Made by a program: the position numbers and the translations under genes
In this document: positions 15,559-24,893 of the stretch, piece by piece
Numbering within the stretch: the first letter of the stretch is position 1
How the letters are laid out: each line of letters opens with the position of its first letter
Assembly (NCBI RefSeq): GCF_000146505.1
Contig: NC_017448.1
Span: 1,020,001-1,052,000 of the forward strand
DNA: 32,000 bases
Origin: Fibrobacter succinogenes subsp. succinogenes S85
GTDB lineage: Bacteria; Fibrobacterota; Fibrobacteria; Fibrobacterales; Fibrobacteraceae
Direction: 5' to 3'
Notes under the pieces: generated by a model
Database searches by the model: none
What the model was told of the DNA's origin: nothing
What the model saw: only the letters and a program-made list of their open reading frames with translations

Positions 15559-17480
15559 GGCATTAGCAAGTTGCTATAGACAATGTATCGCCAAGCAATG
15601 GCGGCAGCTTGCATCGTGCGGCCAATTTCCGATTTCATCGCAGCATCCATCGCAAAAGGCATTCCGGTTCCATACCCCGCCACAAGCGAGGACGTATTCC
15701 ATGTGGGCTTTAGATAGCTCTTGAAAACCATCACGGAATCCGAGATTGTGCATTGCGGGAGCAAATACGTGAGAGAATCTCGCCTCATGGCCATATCGCC
15801 AAAACGGAACGAGAACACAGGCGGGAAAGCACCTACAGCAGGCATCCCCTTCCCCAGCAAATCAACACCCATGAAATGATTGGACGCACTGATATCCAAG
15901 TATCCTAGCAGCGATGGCGCAAGATCCGCCTGCGAAACAGGATTTTCAATCACAGCAGGTTCAATTCCCGGCCCGTTAAAAATCAAGGACACCCATGTAA
16001 AGCCGTCAAAAATTTGGCCAAGCTTTTCTGTCAAGAGGGACTGCTTGCCGTTCAGAAGCGAATGATCACCCGTAAGAACAAACAACGTATTTCTAGCACG
16101 TGTTCCATTTTCAACTTCATCCAAAATAATGCCAAGAGAACTGTCCATATAAGCAGTCGCTTTCAGATACGCTTCGTCAAGGTCTTCCGGCTTCGGCCCC
16201 ATATCAGGCGGCAAGTCAAACGTTGTATGCATGCTGCGGCTCATCCAATGGAAGAACAGAGGCTTATCAGCCGGGCGTTCGCGGTACAGTTCAACAAAGC
16301 GCTTTGCTAAAGCGACATCGTTTTCATTTTCTGCATTGTACTCATAAAAATCAAACCATTTCTGGAACCAAACCAGGCTATTGTCAAAATTCGGTTCAGA
16401 ACCAATCAGGACTTCCGTGTAATAACCCGCTTCAGAAAGAATTTCAGAAATAGAGCGCATTTTTGTGTTCGGATAACTGTTCAAGAAAATGCCTTGCGGA
16501 AAACTGAAAACGCCCTGCATAATGCCCAGAAGGCCCTCAATCGACGGGAATCCAACACTATGTGTGTTAGGGTAATAAGCGCCTCCCCTTGCGAGCTTGC
16601 ACAAATTACGGAAGCGATTGCAACTTTCTTCAATTCGCATGTCAAGCGCCCATCCGCGAAGGCTTTCTATCGTCAAAACGATAATGTCCGGGCGTTCTTC
16701 CATCGGTTTAGCCTTGAAAAATTCCATCGAAGCTTTTTCGTCTTTCGCTTCTTTCCAGAACGGATATTTTTGGTCCGGATTTCCGCCCAAAGCAATAATG
16801 CCTTCACGGTAATGCTCTCCGGGATCGCTCATTTCAAACGTCTCAAAAACGTTTTCCACAAGCGTATAGGCGACAGGGCGAATACGGTCCCAGCGTCTGC
16901 TCGATGGATTGAACCACAAATGCGACGTGCAACCGACAACGGCAAGCACAAAAATCAAAGCGACAGCCCCGGCGGACTTTTTATCAAACGGCAAGCTGGA
17001 AGCTTCTGCAAGGTCGTATTTTTTTACGTACAAAATCAGCGCGACCATAAAAGCGACAACAATCAACGCCGAAAGAACAAAGTGGAATGCGCTACCTGCA
17101 AAAATAGTTGAAACAAGTCCCGTATCCGTAAACGCAAAGATATACGTTCTTATATACGAAAGCGTCAGTCGCTGGCTTATCCAGCGCATGATTTCGTCAT
17201 TCGTTGCACTGAGCACAAGATACAAGAAAGCAAGAACAAGCGAAACAACCTTGACCACAGTATAGCCCTTGCCCCGAACTATTTTCGAAACGCCCCAAAA
17301 GACGAGAGCCACGGCCATGACAAGGCCTATCTCGGAATACAGCGCATACCACAAGAAACGATTGAAATTCGAAACTAAAGGCCCTCCCAAAGGTGTATCC
17401 ATCATGTAAAGAGCACATAACTGAGCAAAACGCCCTAACGCCAAAATGAGCGCAAAGAAGAACCAATAGTAACGAAGCAT
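15555..17480 (-). CDS. LtaS/OpgB-type membrane phosphotransferase (sulfatase-fold), paralogue 2
   Basis: I chose ATG 17480; the track start 17489 is a TTG three codons upstream. A multi-helix N-terminal domain precedes VLTIESLRGW, GFPSIEG (Ser at the nucleophile position) and VLTGDHSLL. The ATG lies 9 nt after the MMPL stop codon. Confidence 0.8.
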   Translation of the reverse strand: MLRYYWFFFALILALGRFAQLCALYMMDTPLGGPLVSNFNRFLWYALYSEIGLVMAVALVFWGVSKIVRGKGYTVVKVVSLVLAFLYLVLSATNDEIMRWISQRLTLSYIRTYIFAFTDTGLVSTIFAGSAFHFVLSALIVVAFMVALILYVKKYDLAEASSLPFDKKSAGAVALIFVLAVVGCTSHLWFNPSSRRWDRIRPVAYTLVENVFETFEMSDPGEHYREGIIALGGNPDQKYPFWKEAKDEKASMEFFKAKPMEERPDIIVLTIESLRGWALDMRIEESCNRFRNLCKLARGGAYYPNTHSVGFPSIEGLLGIMQGVFSFPQGIFLNSYPNTKMRSISEILSEAGYYTEVLIGSEPNFDNSLVWFQKWFDFYEYNAENENDVALAKRFVELYRERPADKPLFFHWMSRSMHTTFDLPPDMGPKPEDLDEAYLKATAYMDSSLGIILDEVENGTRARNTLFVLTGDHSLLNGKQSLLTEKLGQIFDGFTWVSLIFNGPGIEPAVIENPVSQADLAPSLLGYLDISASNHFMGVDLLGKGMPAVGAFPPVFSFRFGDMAMRRDSLTYLLPQCTISDSVMVFKSYLKPTWNTSSLVAGYGTGMPFAMDAAMKSEIGRTMQAAAIAWRYIVYSNLLMP

Positions 17481-17489
17481 AATTATCAA

Positions 17490-20099
17490 TTACTTTTTCT
17501 TGAGCCAGCTACCGCAGAGGTACATGCTGAAGATGACACTTGTGATAAGGAACATGGCAATGCTGATGCAAGCAAGGTCTCCAATGCCCTTCAATCCGCG
17601 ATGTGTCGTGAAGAGGAATCCGACAAAACCTGCAATAGTCGTTGTGGAGCTAGCCATCACATTGCGGCCCGTCGTATCGAACAACTGACGAAGCGTCATG
17701 TCCTTGTTGGACTTGGAAGTCCAAGAGGTGACAAAATGAATCGTCGAATCGATGCCAATACCAAGCGCCATCGGAATCACAATCACATTATAAATACTGA
17801 TTTTTCCAAACTCAAAGAAATGCGTCAGACAGCCAAGAAGTCCAAGCGTAAGGAGCGTACCCATGCCAAACGAAATGCAACCCGCCAAGAAATATTTCGG
17901 CTTGCGGAACGAAATGACAAGCGTACCAAAAATGACGAGAATAATAACAAGAGCAAGTCTAAAGCTATCCTGCTTCACAGATTCTATCACATCGGACAAA
18001 ATAAACTGCGAAGAGAACGTCCGCAATTCCTCGCCATCGAAATTCCAATGAGCATAACGTTCCTGGAAGCGGTGCAAAGCCTTGGCATCCCAGCTCGGGA
18101 AGTCGCCATAAATAAAGCCAATTTTTCCGTAGCTTCCGTCTTTTTCACGGAGCAGGTCGATTGTCCAGGCTGGAACATCTTCTGCGGTAAACGTTTTTTC
18201 AACTTGAGCCAACTTGCGGAGCGTCGCCACGTTCACAGAGTCTTCACCTTCAGAGCGGTCAAACACGCGGGCTTCCACCAAATCGCGGATTTCCTCAATC
18301 ACTTCAAGGCGTTTTTCCTGCGAATCCGCCGGCGGAACAAAACTCTTCAGCGTAAGGAAACTCCCTAGCGTAGAATCGTGTTCGACATGCAAGCGCACCA
18401 TCAGTGTATCGTACAACTTGTCAAGCTGTTCGGGCGTGCTACCCATAACGGCAGCAGGTGTCGACGTCACGGCCTTATTGGTTGCACGAGTTACCTTAGT
18501 CGAAATGCCTCGCGGTTTCACCACCTTAGCCGATTGGACTCTGCGCAAGTTCTTCAAATTATGTTCAAAATCTACGTCTTGAGCATAATAGAGCGACACC
18601 GCCCCCAGAACAAACCCGATACAAGCCAGCACCTTGAAAAATTTCGTGATTTTCGCATCATCCCAAGAATTCGGTAGCAAGCTATTCTGCGGAGCAGCCG
18701 GGATGCCGCCCATGCACTTGATAAACACCGGAAGCACGAGCACCGACGTAAGCATACTGAAAATCACGCCCATCGAAGCGACAACACCGAATTCATAAAA
18801 GCCTCTGAAATGTGCTGCAAGCAACGTGAGGAACGCAGCGACCGTCGTAAAGCTCGCCAAAATAAACGGTTTGAGCATTCTGCGTTGAGCCGCTTCAAGT
18901 ACTTCTTCCAACGAAGCAAATTGATGCATCAGTTTCTGCGACGTTCCCAAAATATGGATGGAATAGTCAATACCGATACCAAGAATAATGGACGCTACAA
19001 AAACCGTGAACGGATTCAGCTTGCCATAGAAAAGCGCCGTAAACGCAAGCGTCGGAATACAAGCGTAAAGCACGGAAAGAGTCACGAGAATCGGACCTTT
19101 CACGCTTCTAAAGAAGAACATCGTAAGGAAAATAATTAGGACAAGGCTTATGCCGAAGGAGAATACGGAATCGTTCGCCACTTCGTCCACTTCCTTGAGG
19201 CCTTCGTAAGTTCCATCCACAGCAAAGCGCATCGGCGAAGAATAAGTCTTGCTTCTGAAATGCTGCAACAACGTATCAGTACGGGCTAGAATATGCGTTA
19301 CAAATTCATAGTCCGTCGAAGGCTTGATGAGTTTCGCATTGACAATTCCGTTGAACAGAATCTTTCCGGTACTGTCAGGTTGCGGGCTACCAATCAAACG
19401 GGACTTCAGGCTATCAGGTATTGTTGATTTCGGATTCCATTCCGTAGCATTGCCTGCAACTTTAACGGAATCCTTCTTATCTTTTTTGAAGAATGCGTCA
19501 AATGCACCGACAGCTTCTTCAGGAAGTCCAAGTTCCTGCGGCAAGTTCGCATCAAACCAGACACGTTCCTTTTTCGGAGCATTTTCTTGCAAACTATCGC
19601 CACTGGGGTCACTCAAAAGATCAACAACTAACGGACCATTTTTACGCCCCAGTTCCAATTGCAAGTCATCAAGATTATCGCGAATATTCTCCAAATGCTT
19701 TACAGGCAAATACAACAGCGCATTATCCTTAAAGAACTGGTTGTTGTTATCTACCTGGGTCGAGACAAAATCACCCTGCCAATTATTGTGAATATAGGCT
19801 GCAATGGAATCTTGCAAAGCCAGAACAAGATTCATGTCCTCGCTCTGTATAGCAATCGTAAAACGGTCAGTACTGCCGAATCTCGTAAACGATTCCTGCA
19901 AAGCCTTGACGCTAGGCGTATCCTCCGGCAAAAGATGCGAAAGATCCGCATCAAGCTTAAGCCCAGGCTTGTAAAGAATCAAGACAGACAGAAGAACCGC
20001 CAGCAGCAAATAAAAGGTAAGCGCCTTATATTGATGCCTACAGATTAAGGGGATATACCAGTTGGAAAAGCGTTCTACAAAAGTCTTTTTAGTAGTCAT
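17490..20099 (-). CDS. MMPL/HpnN-like RND-superfamily transporter
   Basis: I chose ATG 20099; the track start 20108 is a TTG. The protein has two 1+5 TM halves, each preceded by a large periplasmic loop. Asp-containing relay motifs GIGIDYSIH and GIGIDSTIH occur in the equivalent helices of each half, as in MmpL3/HpnN. Confidence 0.8.
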   Translation of the reverse strand: MTTKKTFVERFSNWYIPLICRHQYKALTFYLLLAVLLSVLILYKPGLKLDADLSHLLPEDTPSVKALQESFTRFGSTDRFTIAIQSEDMNLVLALQDSIAAYIHNNWQGDFVSTQVDNNNQFFKDNALLYLPVKHLENIRDNLDDLQLELGRKNGPLVVDLLSDPSGDSLQENAPKKERVWFDANLPQELGLPEEAVGAFDAFFKKDKKDSVKVAGNATEWNPKSTIPDSLKSRLIGSPQPDSTGKILFNGIVNAKLIKPSTDYEFVTHILARTDTLLQHFRSKTYSSPMRFAVDGTYEGLKEVDEVANDSVFSFGISLVLIIFLTMFFFRSVKGPILVTLSVLYACIPTLAFTALFYGKLNPFTVFVASIILGIGIDYSIHILGTSQKLMHQFASLEEVLEAAQRRMLKPFILASFTTVAAFLTLLAAHFRGFYEFGVVASMGVIFSMLTSVLVLPVFIKCMGGIPAAPQNSLLPNSWDDAKITKFFKVLACIGFVLGAVSLYYAQDVDFEHNLKNLRRVQSAKVVKPRGISTKVTRATNKAVTSTPAAVMGSTPEQLDKLYDTLMVRLHVEHDSTLGSFLTLKSFVPPADSQEKRLEVIEEIRDLVEARVFDRSEGEDSVNVATLRKLAQVEKTFTAEDVPAWTIDLLREKDGSYGKIGFIYGDFPSWDAKALHRFQERYAHWNFDGEELRTFSSQFILSDVIESVKQDSFRLALVIILVIFGTLVISFRKPKYFLAGCISFGMGTLLTLGLLGCLTHFFEFGKISIYNVIVIPMALGIGIDSTIHFVTSWTSKSNKDMTLRQLFDTTGRNVMASSTTTIAGFVGFLFTTHRGLKGIGDLACISIAMFLITSVIFSMYLCGSWLKKK

Positions 20100-20122
20100 A
20101 ATTCTCAATATAAAAAAATATT

Positions 20123-22051
20123 TTATCTAGGTTCCATGTTATCATTCCGGAGAAGCGAGCGCAACACCTTTGACGTAGAAACAGCACGCTTTTTCCAAGT
20201 CAACGAAACAGCATCCTTCACCTCTTTAAAAGATCCGTCTATATCGCTATAGACTTCTTCGTTATCGAGTCCCCCAGTGAGCACATGATCACGAAATCCC
20301 AAGAAATAAGCATTCTGCGAGAAGAAAAGCGATGGCTGTTCAGCCGGACGTTCTTCTGTTAACAAATCATACCCCCAAAAATGGTTTGGTTCGCGAACCT
20401 GAGCAAGATCCATCACCGTAGGCCCCATATCGAGCTGCGACGCAACATCTTCACGGACTGTAAGCCCATTGAACAAATTGCTATCCGGCGAGAAAATTCC
20501 CATGAAAATTCTCGAAACAGAAACACCCAGCGGCTGCGGCACCGCATAATCGACGGAATCCACAGGCGTGTCATGATCGCCAAGAACGACGATAACTGTA
20601 CGCTCGAAATCTGGACGAGACGAAAGTTTTTCAAAAAAACGGCCCAGTTGCTTATCCGTATAACGAATCGCATTGTAATAGCGGGCCATGGCATCGTCCG
20701 GCTTCGGCGCGAAATCATCGGGATACTCAAAGAACGGGATATGCGACGTAATTGTATTGAACGCAATAAACCAGGAACTATCCGTAGGCAGTTTCGGCAA
20801 ATGAGAAATAACCATATCAACACCAACGCTATCAATGATGGTGCCGTCAGTCACGTTCTGAGGAAAGCTCCAGTTGTTCTTATAAAACCTTTCTACAAAA
20901 GGTAAAGTATGGTCAAATATCGGATTAGAAACAGTAATGTAGAACTTGTGGTAATTCTTTAAATACTCGGGAATTCCCGTAAAATGGTTCGAAGAATAAA
21001 AACTCGGCAAGTCGCGATTCGGATGCGAAGGGAAACCTAAATAAGTAGCCATCGTCCCGCGAACCGTGGGATATCCCCCGCTGTAGCCATTCTTGAACCA
21101 GAGACCGCCACCACCATTCGTAAACATTTTTCCTGTCGCAAGATTCCACAAGTTCGGAGCAAGAGTCGTATCGCCCTCCAACATGCGGTTAAAAATGCGC
21201 CCCTTGAAAGACTCGCCCATGATAAACACGATATTGTAGGGCTGTTTAGCGCGATATTCATGTTTCGCGGCCGAGCGGTACACCGGGAAATCCTCAACAT
21301 TCGATCGATTCGCCACCATGTTTTCGGGGAGGAATGATTCCATGTCCTTGCGGATTTCGTCCGTAATCTTTTCGTTGTCGTAAAAGAACTCAAACGTTTC
21401 TTGCACAGCGATATGCAATACCGGAGCCGTCAACGTATATTTACCCAGAGTCATGCGCAAGTTTATATGCGTATGCGTAATCGGGAGATAGAGATCCCCG
21501 CGAACGCCACAGGCAAAGAAAATCAAAGGCAAAAGCAAGAAAGCGGCGCCCACAGAAATAAACACGACAGGGACTTTCCGGGCATGCTTTTCAGGCGAAA
21601 GGAAGAGCCCCGTGAGAACGCCCCTGGCAGCCCTCTTTCGCATTGTATAAACGACACAGAATACGATACTCGCAACAACACCCGCCAGAGCAAGTGAAAT
21701 ATACAGAATCGTTCCCTTGAGGTCCCCGCCAAGCGTTCCAATAGTCGTCGCATCCGTAATATTCGAAAAATGGAAATACGTCCTCAAAAAAGAAAAAGAC
21801 AAACGCTGATGCGAAAAGCGGAAAACTTCATAATCGGCGGTCGCCAGAACAAAATAGAATCCAAAAAAGATGGCCAATGCACGAGGCGCTTTCAGGAACG
21901 CAAAGATGGCGGACACGAACAAAATTGTGCCAAACGCCATAAGGACCTGCCAAAATATTTTACCTTCGAACAGTTCCGTAAGGGATAGCCCAAGCGGATC
22001 CGGCAAAGTATAGAACAGGACGAGCATAATCGTTTGCAGCAAAAACGCCAC
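20123..22051 (-). CDS. LtaS/OpgB-type membrane phosphotransferase (sulfatase-fold), paralogue 3
   Basis: Start at GTG 22051, with an alternative ATG at 22027. About 5 N-terminal helices precede VFIMGESFKG, GGYPTVRG and VVLGDHDTP. The gene ends 23 nt before the MMPL start. Confidence 0.8.
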   Translation of the reverse strand: MAFLLQTIMLVLFYTLPDPLGLSLTELFEGKIFWQVLMAFGTILFVSAIFAFLKAPRALAIFFGFYFVLATADYEVFRFSHQRLSFSFLRTYFHFSNITDATTIGTLGGDLKGTILYISLALAGVVASIVFCVVYTMRKRAARGVLTGLFLSPEKHARKVPVVFISVGAAFLLLPLIFFACGVRGDLYLPITHTHINLRMTLGKYTLTAPVLHIAVQETFEFFYDNEKITDEIRKDMESFLPENMVANRSNVEDFPVYRSAAKHEYRAKQPYNIVFIMGESFKGRIFNRMLEGDTTLAPNLWNLATGKMFTNGGGGLWFKNGYSGGYPTVRGTMATYLGFPSHPNRDLPSFYSSNHFTGIPEYLKNYHKFYITVSNPIFDHTLPFVERFYKNNWSFPQNVTDGTIIDSVGVDMVISHLPKLPTDSSWFIAFNTITSHIPFFEYPDDFAPKPDDAMARYYNAIRYTDKQLGRFFEKLSSRPDFERTVIVVLGDHDTPVDSVDYAVPQPLGVSVSRIFMGIFSPDSNLFNGLTVREDVASQLDMGPTVMDLAQVREPNHFWGYDLLTEERPAEQPSLFFSQNAYFLGFRDHVLTGGLDNEEVYSDIDGSFKEVKDAVSLTWKKRAVSTSKVLRSLLRNDNMEPR

Positions 22052-22274
22052 AGACGTAATTAAGATAAACGGATTTTTAAAAAACTGTTTGATAATAGTA
22101 CCCTACGTTTCAAGCCATGTAAAAATAAAAAATTGTAAAAACAGGGCATTTGTCAGCTGTTCATTTTGCGACCAATCGTAAATTTTCACGACGAAGCGCA
22201 AAAGCAGTCGCTCATTTTGCCCTAATGAGCACTACAAAATTTTCTGACAGGAAATTTTTACTACATTTCGAGCC

Positions 22275-24815
22275 ATGAATCAAGAAACACCCGATACTAC
22301 TCTAGGTTTATCTAACGTCAATCACCTAGAACGACTTTACGATGGTTGGTTCCTCGATTACGCCAGCTATGTGATTTTGGACCGTGCGGTCCCGTATTTT
22401 GAAGATGGCCTGAAGCCTGTTCAGCGCCGTATTTTGCATTCCATGTTCGAAAACCACGACGGACGCTACCAGAAGGTGGCTACGATCGTCGGTCGAACGA
22501 TGGCTTACCACCCGCATGGCGACGCCTCCATCGGCGATGCTCTTGTGGGCCTCGGTCAGAAGAATTTGCTCATCGACACCCAGGGTAACTGGGGCAACCC
22601 CTACACGGGCGACCGCGCTGCAGCTCCCCGTTATATCGAAGGCCGCCTCACGCCGTTCGCTGTCGATGTCGTGTTCAACCCCGAAACGACGGAATGGATC
22701 CCGAGTTACGATGGCCGTAGCGAAGAACCGGTCACGCTCCCGGTCAAGTTCCCGTTGCTTTTGGCTCAGGGCGTCGATGGTATCGCAGTCGGTCTCTCGA
22801 CTTCCATCCTCCCCCACAACTTCCGCGAACTCTGCGAGGCTAGCATCGCCTGTTTGCGCGGCAAGAAGTTTACGCTTTACCCGGACTTTTTCACGGGCGG
22901 CATTATCGACGTGTCGGACTACAACGACGGTCAACGCGGGGGCAAGGTCAAGGTCCGCGCGAAGATTGAAAAGGTCGATAACAAGACGCTCGCCATCCGC
23001 GAAATCCCGTACGGCACCACGACCGTGAGCTTGATTGAAAGCATTGTCAAGGCAAACGACAAGGGCAAAATCAAGATCAAACACGTGGACGACAACACGA
23101 GCCAGGGCGTTGAAATTCTCGTGCACTTGCAGCCGGGGACGGACCCGCAGGTCGCCATCGATGCGCTTTACGCCTTCACGGACTGCGAAAAGTCGCTCTC
23201 TCCGTGCACTTGCGTCATTATCGACAAGCACCCGAAATTTGTCGGTGTTTCTGACATTTTGAAGCTCAACACGGAACACACCGTGAAGCTTTTGGAATGG
23301 GAACTCGCCAACGAGCTCAAGCACCTCGAAGACAAGTGGCACATGACCACGCTCGAAAAAATCTTTATCGAGAAAGAAGTCTACGAGGTCATCAAGAAAG
23401 CAAAGGACCGTGAACAAATTATCCGCCTCGTTCGCGAAGGCCTCACGCCGTACCTCAAGCGTCTGCACCGCCAGACCGTTACGGACGAAGAAATCGGCAA
23501 GCTCATTGAAATTCCGATCCGCCGTATAAGCCATTACGACCGCGAAAAGGCCGACCAGCTTTTGCAGGAACTCGAAGAAAACATTGCAAAGTGCAAGTAC
23601 AACCAAGAACACATTATCGATTACGCCGTAAACCACTTCAAGAACATCTTGAAGAAGTACGGCGAAGGCAAGGAACGCCGCACGCAGATTGCCGAATTCG
23701 GTAAGGTGAACGCCGTACACGTGGCACTTGCAAACCAGAAGCTTTACGTGAACCGCAAGGAAGGTTTCGTGGGCACCGGCATGAAGAAGGAAGAATACCT
23801 CTTCGACGTGTCGGAATACGATGACTTGATCGTGTTCAAGGCCGACGGCAGCTTCAAGGTCGTGAAGGTCAGCGACAAGGACTTTGTCGGTAAGGATATC
23901 ATTCTCGTCGAAAAGTTCAACAAGGACGATGAACGCCATATCTATAACGTCATCCACCAGGATGGCAAGGACGGCTACGCTTACATCAAGCGCTTCAACG
24001 TCGGCGGCGTGACTCGCGACAAGGATTACTACATGGGCAAGAACAAGCCCGGTAGCAAAATCCTTTACATGTCGAGCAACATGAACGGCGAAGCCGAAGT
24101 GGTCGAAGTCATCTTGAAGCCGCGTCCGCGCATCAAGCTGAACTTTGAAGTGGACTTCAGCGAAGTCGAAGTCAAGGGCCGTGGCGCCATTGGCAATATC
24201 GTTTCGAAGTACCCGGTCAAGACAGTCAAGAGACTCCGCAAGGGCGTTTCGACGCTTGGCGCAAGAGTGCTTTACTTCGATGCTCCGAGCGGTATCGTCT
24301 CGACGCAGAAGAAGGGCGATTGCCTCGGTGAATTTGGCGAAAACGACAAGCTGCTCATCATCAAGCAAGATGGTAGCGCTCGCGTCCACACCATGGCAGA
24401 CCCGATTCTCGTCGGTTCGAACATCAAGTATCTGCACAAGTACGACCCTGCTCAGGTCTTTACGGTGCTCTACTTCGAAGGTTCGAATTTCAACTACATG
24501 GTCAAGCGCTTCAACCTTGAAGGCTGCCCCATGACGACGGAATTCAGCGTAGTCTCCGACCACAAGGACACGAAGCTCATCGAGCTCTTTGCAACTGATG
24601 ACGCCCGTGAACTGATGGAATACCAGGTCGGTCGCGAAGTCCAGAAGGAAGAACTCGACTTGACGGAAATTGCGGAAGTCAAGGGCTACAAGGCTCTCGG
24701 AAGCAAGTTCACCGCCAAGAAGATCAAGCGCGTGAGCCGCATTTCGCCGGCAGATCCGTTTAGCGACGGCAGCGGTGAAAGCGAAGGTTCTAACGAAGAT
24801 CCGAGCTTATTCTAA
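22275..24815 (+). CDS. parC: DNA topoisomerase IV subunit A
   Basis: WFLDYASYVILDRAVPYFEDGLKPVQRRILHSM, HPHGD, and the catalytic Tyr in AAPRYIEGRL. The 846-aa length and N-terminal pattern fit FCB-group ParC better than GyrA. Confidence 0.85.
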   Translation: MNQETPDTTLGLSNVNHLERLYDGWFLDYASYVILDRAVPYFEDGLKPVQRRILHSMFENHDGRYQKVATIVGRTMAYHPHGDASIGDALVGLGQKNLLIDTQGNWGNPYTGDRAAAPRYIEGRLTPFAVDVVFNPETTEWIPSYDGRSEEPVTLPVKFPLLLAQGVDGIAVGLSTSILPHNFRELCEASIACLRGKKFTLYPDFFTGGIIDVSDYNDGQRGGKVKVRAKIEKVDNKTLAIREIPYGTTTVSLIESIVKANDKGKIKIKHVDDNTSQGVEILVHLQPGTDPQVAIDALYAFTDCEKSLSPCTCVIIDKHPKFVGVSDILKLNTEHTVKLLEWELANELKHLEDKWHMTTLEKIFIEKEVYEVIKKAKDREQIIRLVREGLTPYLKRLHRQTVTDEEIGKLIEIPIRRISHYDREKADQLLQELEENIAKCKYNQEHIIDYAVNHFKNILKKYGEGKERRTQIAEFGKVNAVHVALANQKLYVNRKEGFVGTGMKKEEYLFDVSEYDDLIVFKADGSFKVVKVSDKDFVGKDIILVEKFNKDDERHIYNVIHQDGKDGYAYIKRFNVGGVTRDKDYYMGKNKPGSKILYMSSNMNGEAEVVEVILKPRPRIKLNFEVDFSEVEVKGRGAIGNIVSKYPVKTVKRLRKGVSTLGARVLYFDAPSGIVSTQKKGDCLGEFGENDKLLIIKQDGSARVHTMADPILVGSNIKYLHKYDPAQVFTVLYFEGSNFNYMVKRFNLEGCPMTTEFSVVSDHKDTKLIELFATDDARELMEYQVGREVQKEELDLTEIAEVKGYKALGSKFTAKKIKRVSRISPADPFSDGSGESEGSNEDPSLF

Positions 24816-24833
24816 GGAATACTAGTTCTAGGG

Positions 24834-24863
24834 AAAAATGCCCCGCGGAAGCGGGGCATTTTT
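24834..24863. terminator. bidirectional rho-independent terminator between parC and the convergent beta-barrel-like gene
   Basis: Perfect 13-bp stem aaaaatgccccgc (24834-24846), loop ggaa, stem gcggggcattttt (24851-24863). The A-run and T-run are on opposite sides. Confidence 0.8.
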
Positions 24864-24893
24864 GCATTCAAGAAAGGACGCTATTAAAAATCT

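Noticed and set aside
13525-22051. Annotation of the three sulfatase-fold proteins as true sulfatases
   Set aside because: They lack the C/S-x-P-x-R formylglycine motif. They have the multi-helix N-terminal membrane domain and the Thr/Ser nucleophile context typical of LtaS/OpgB-type phosphotransferases.
22326-24563. 745-aa minus-strand ORF opposite parC
   Set aside because: The same shadow-frame artefact applies (both 0 mod 3). ParC motifs on the plus strand are decisive.
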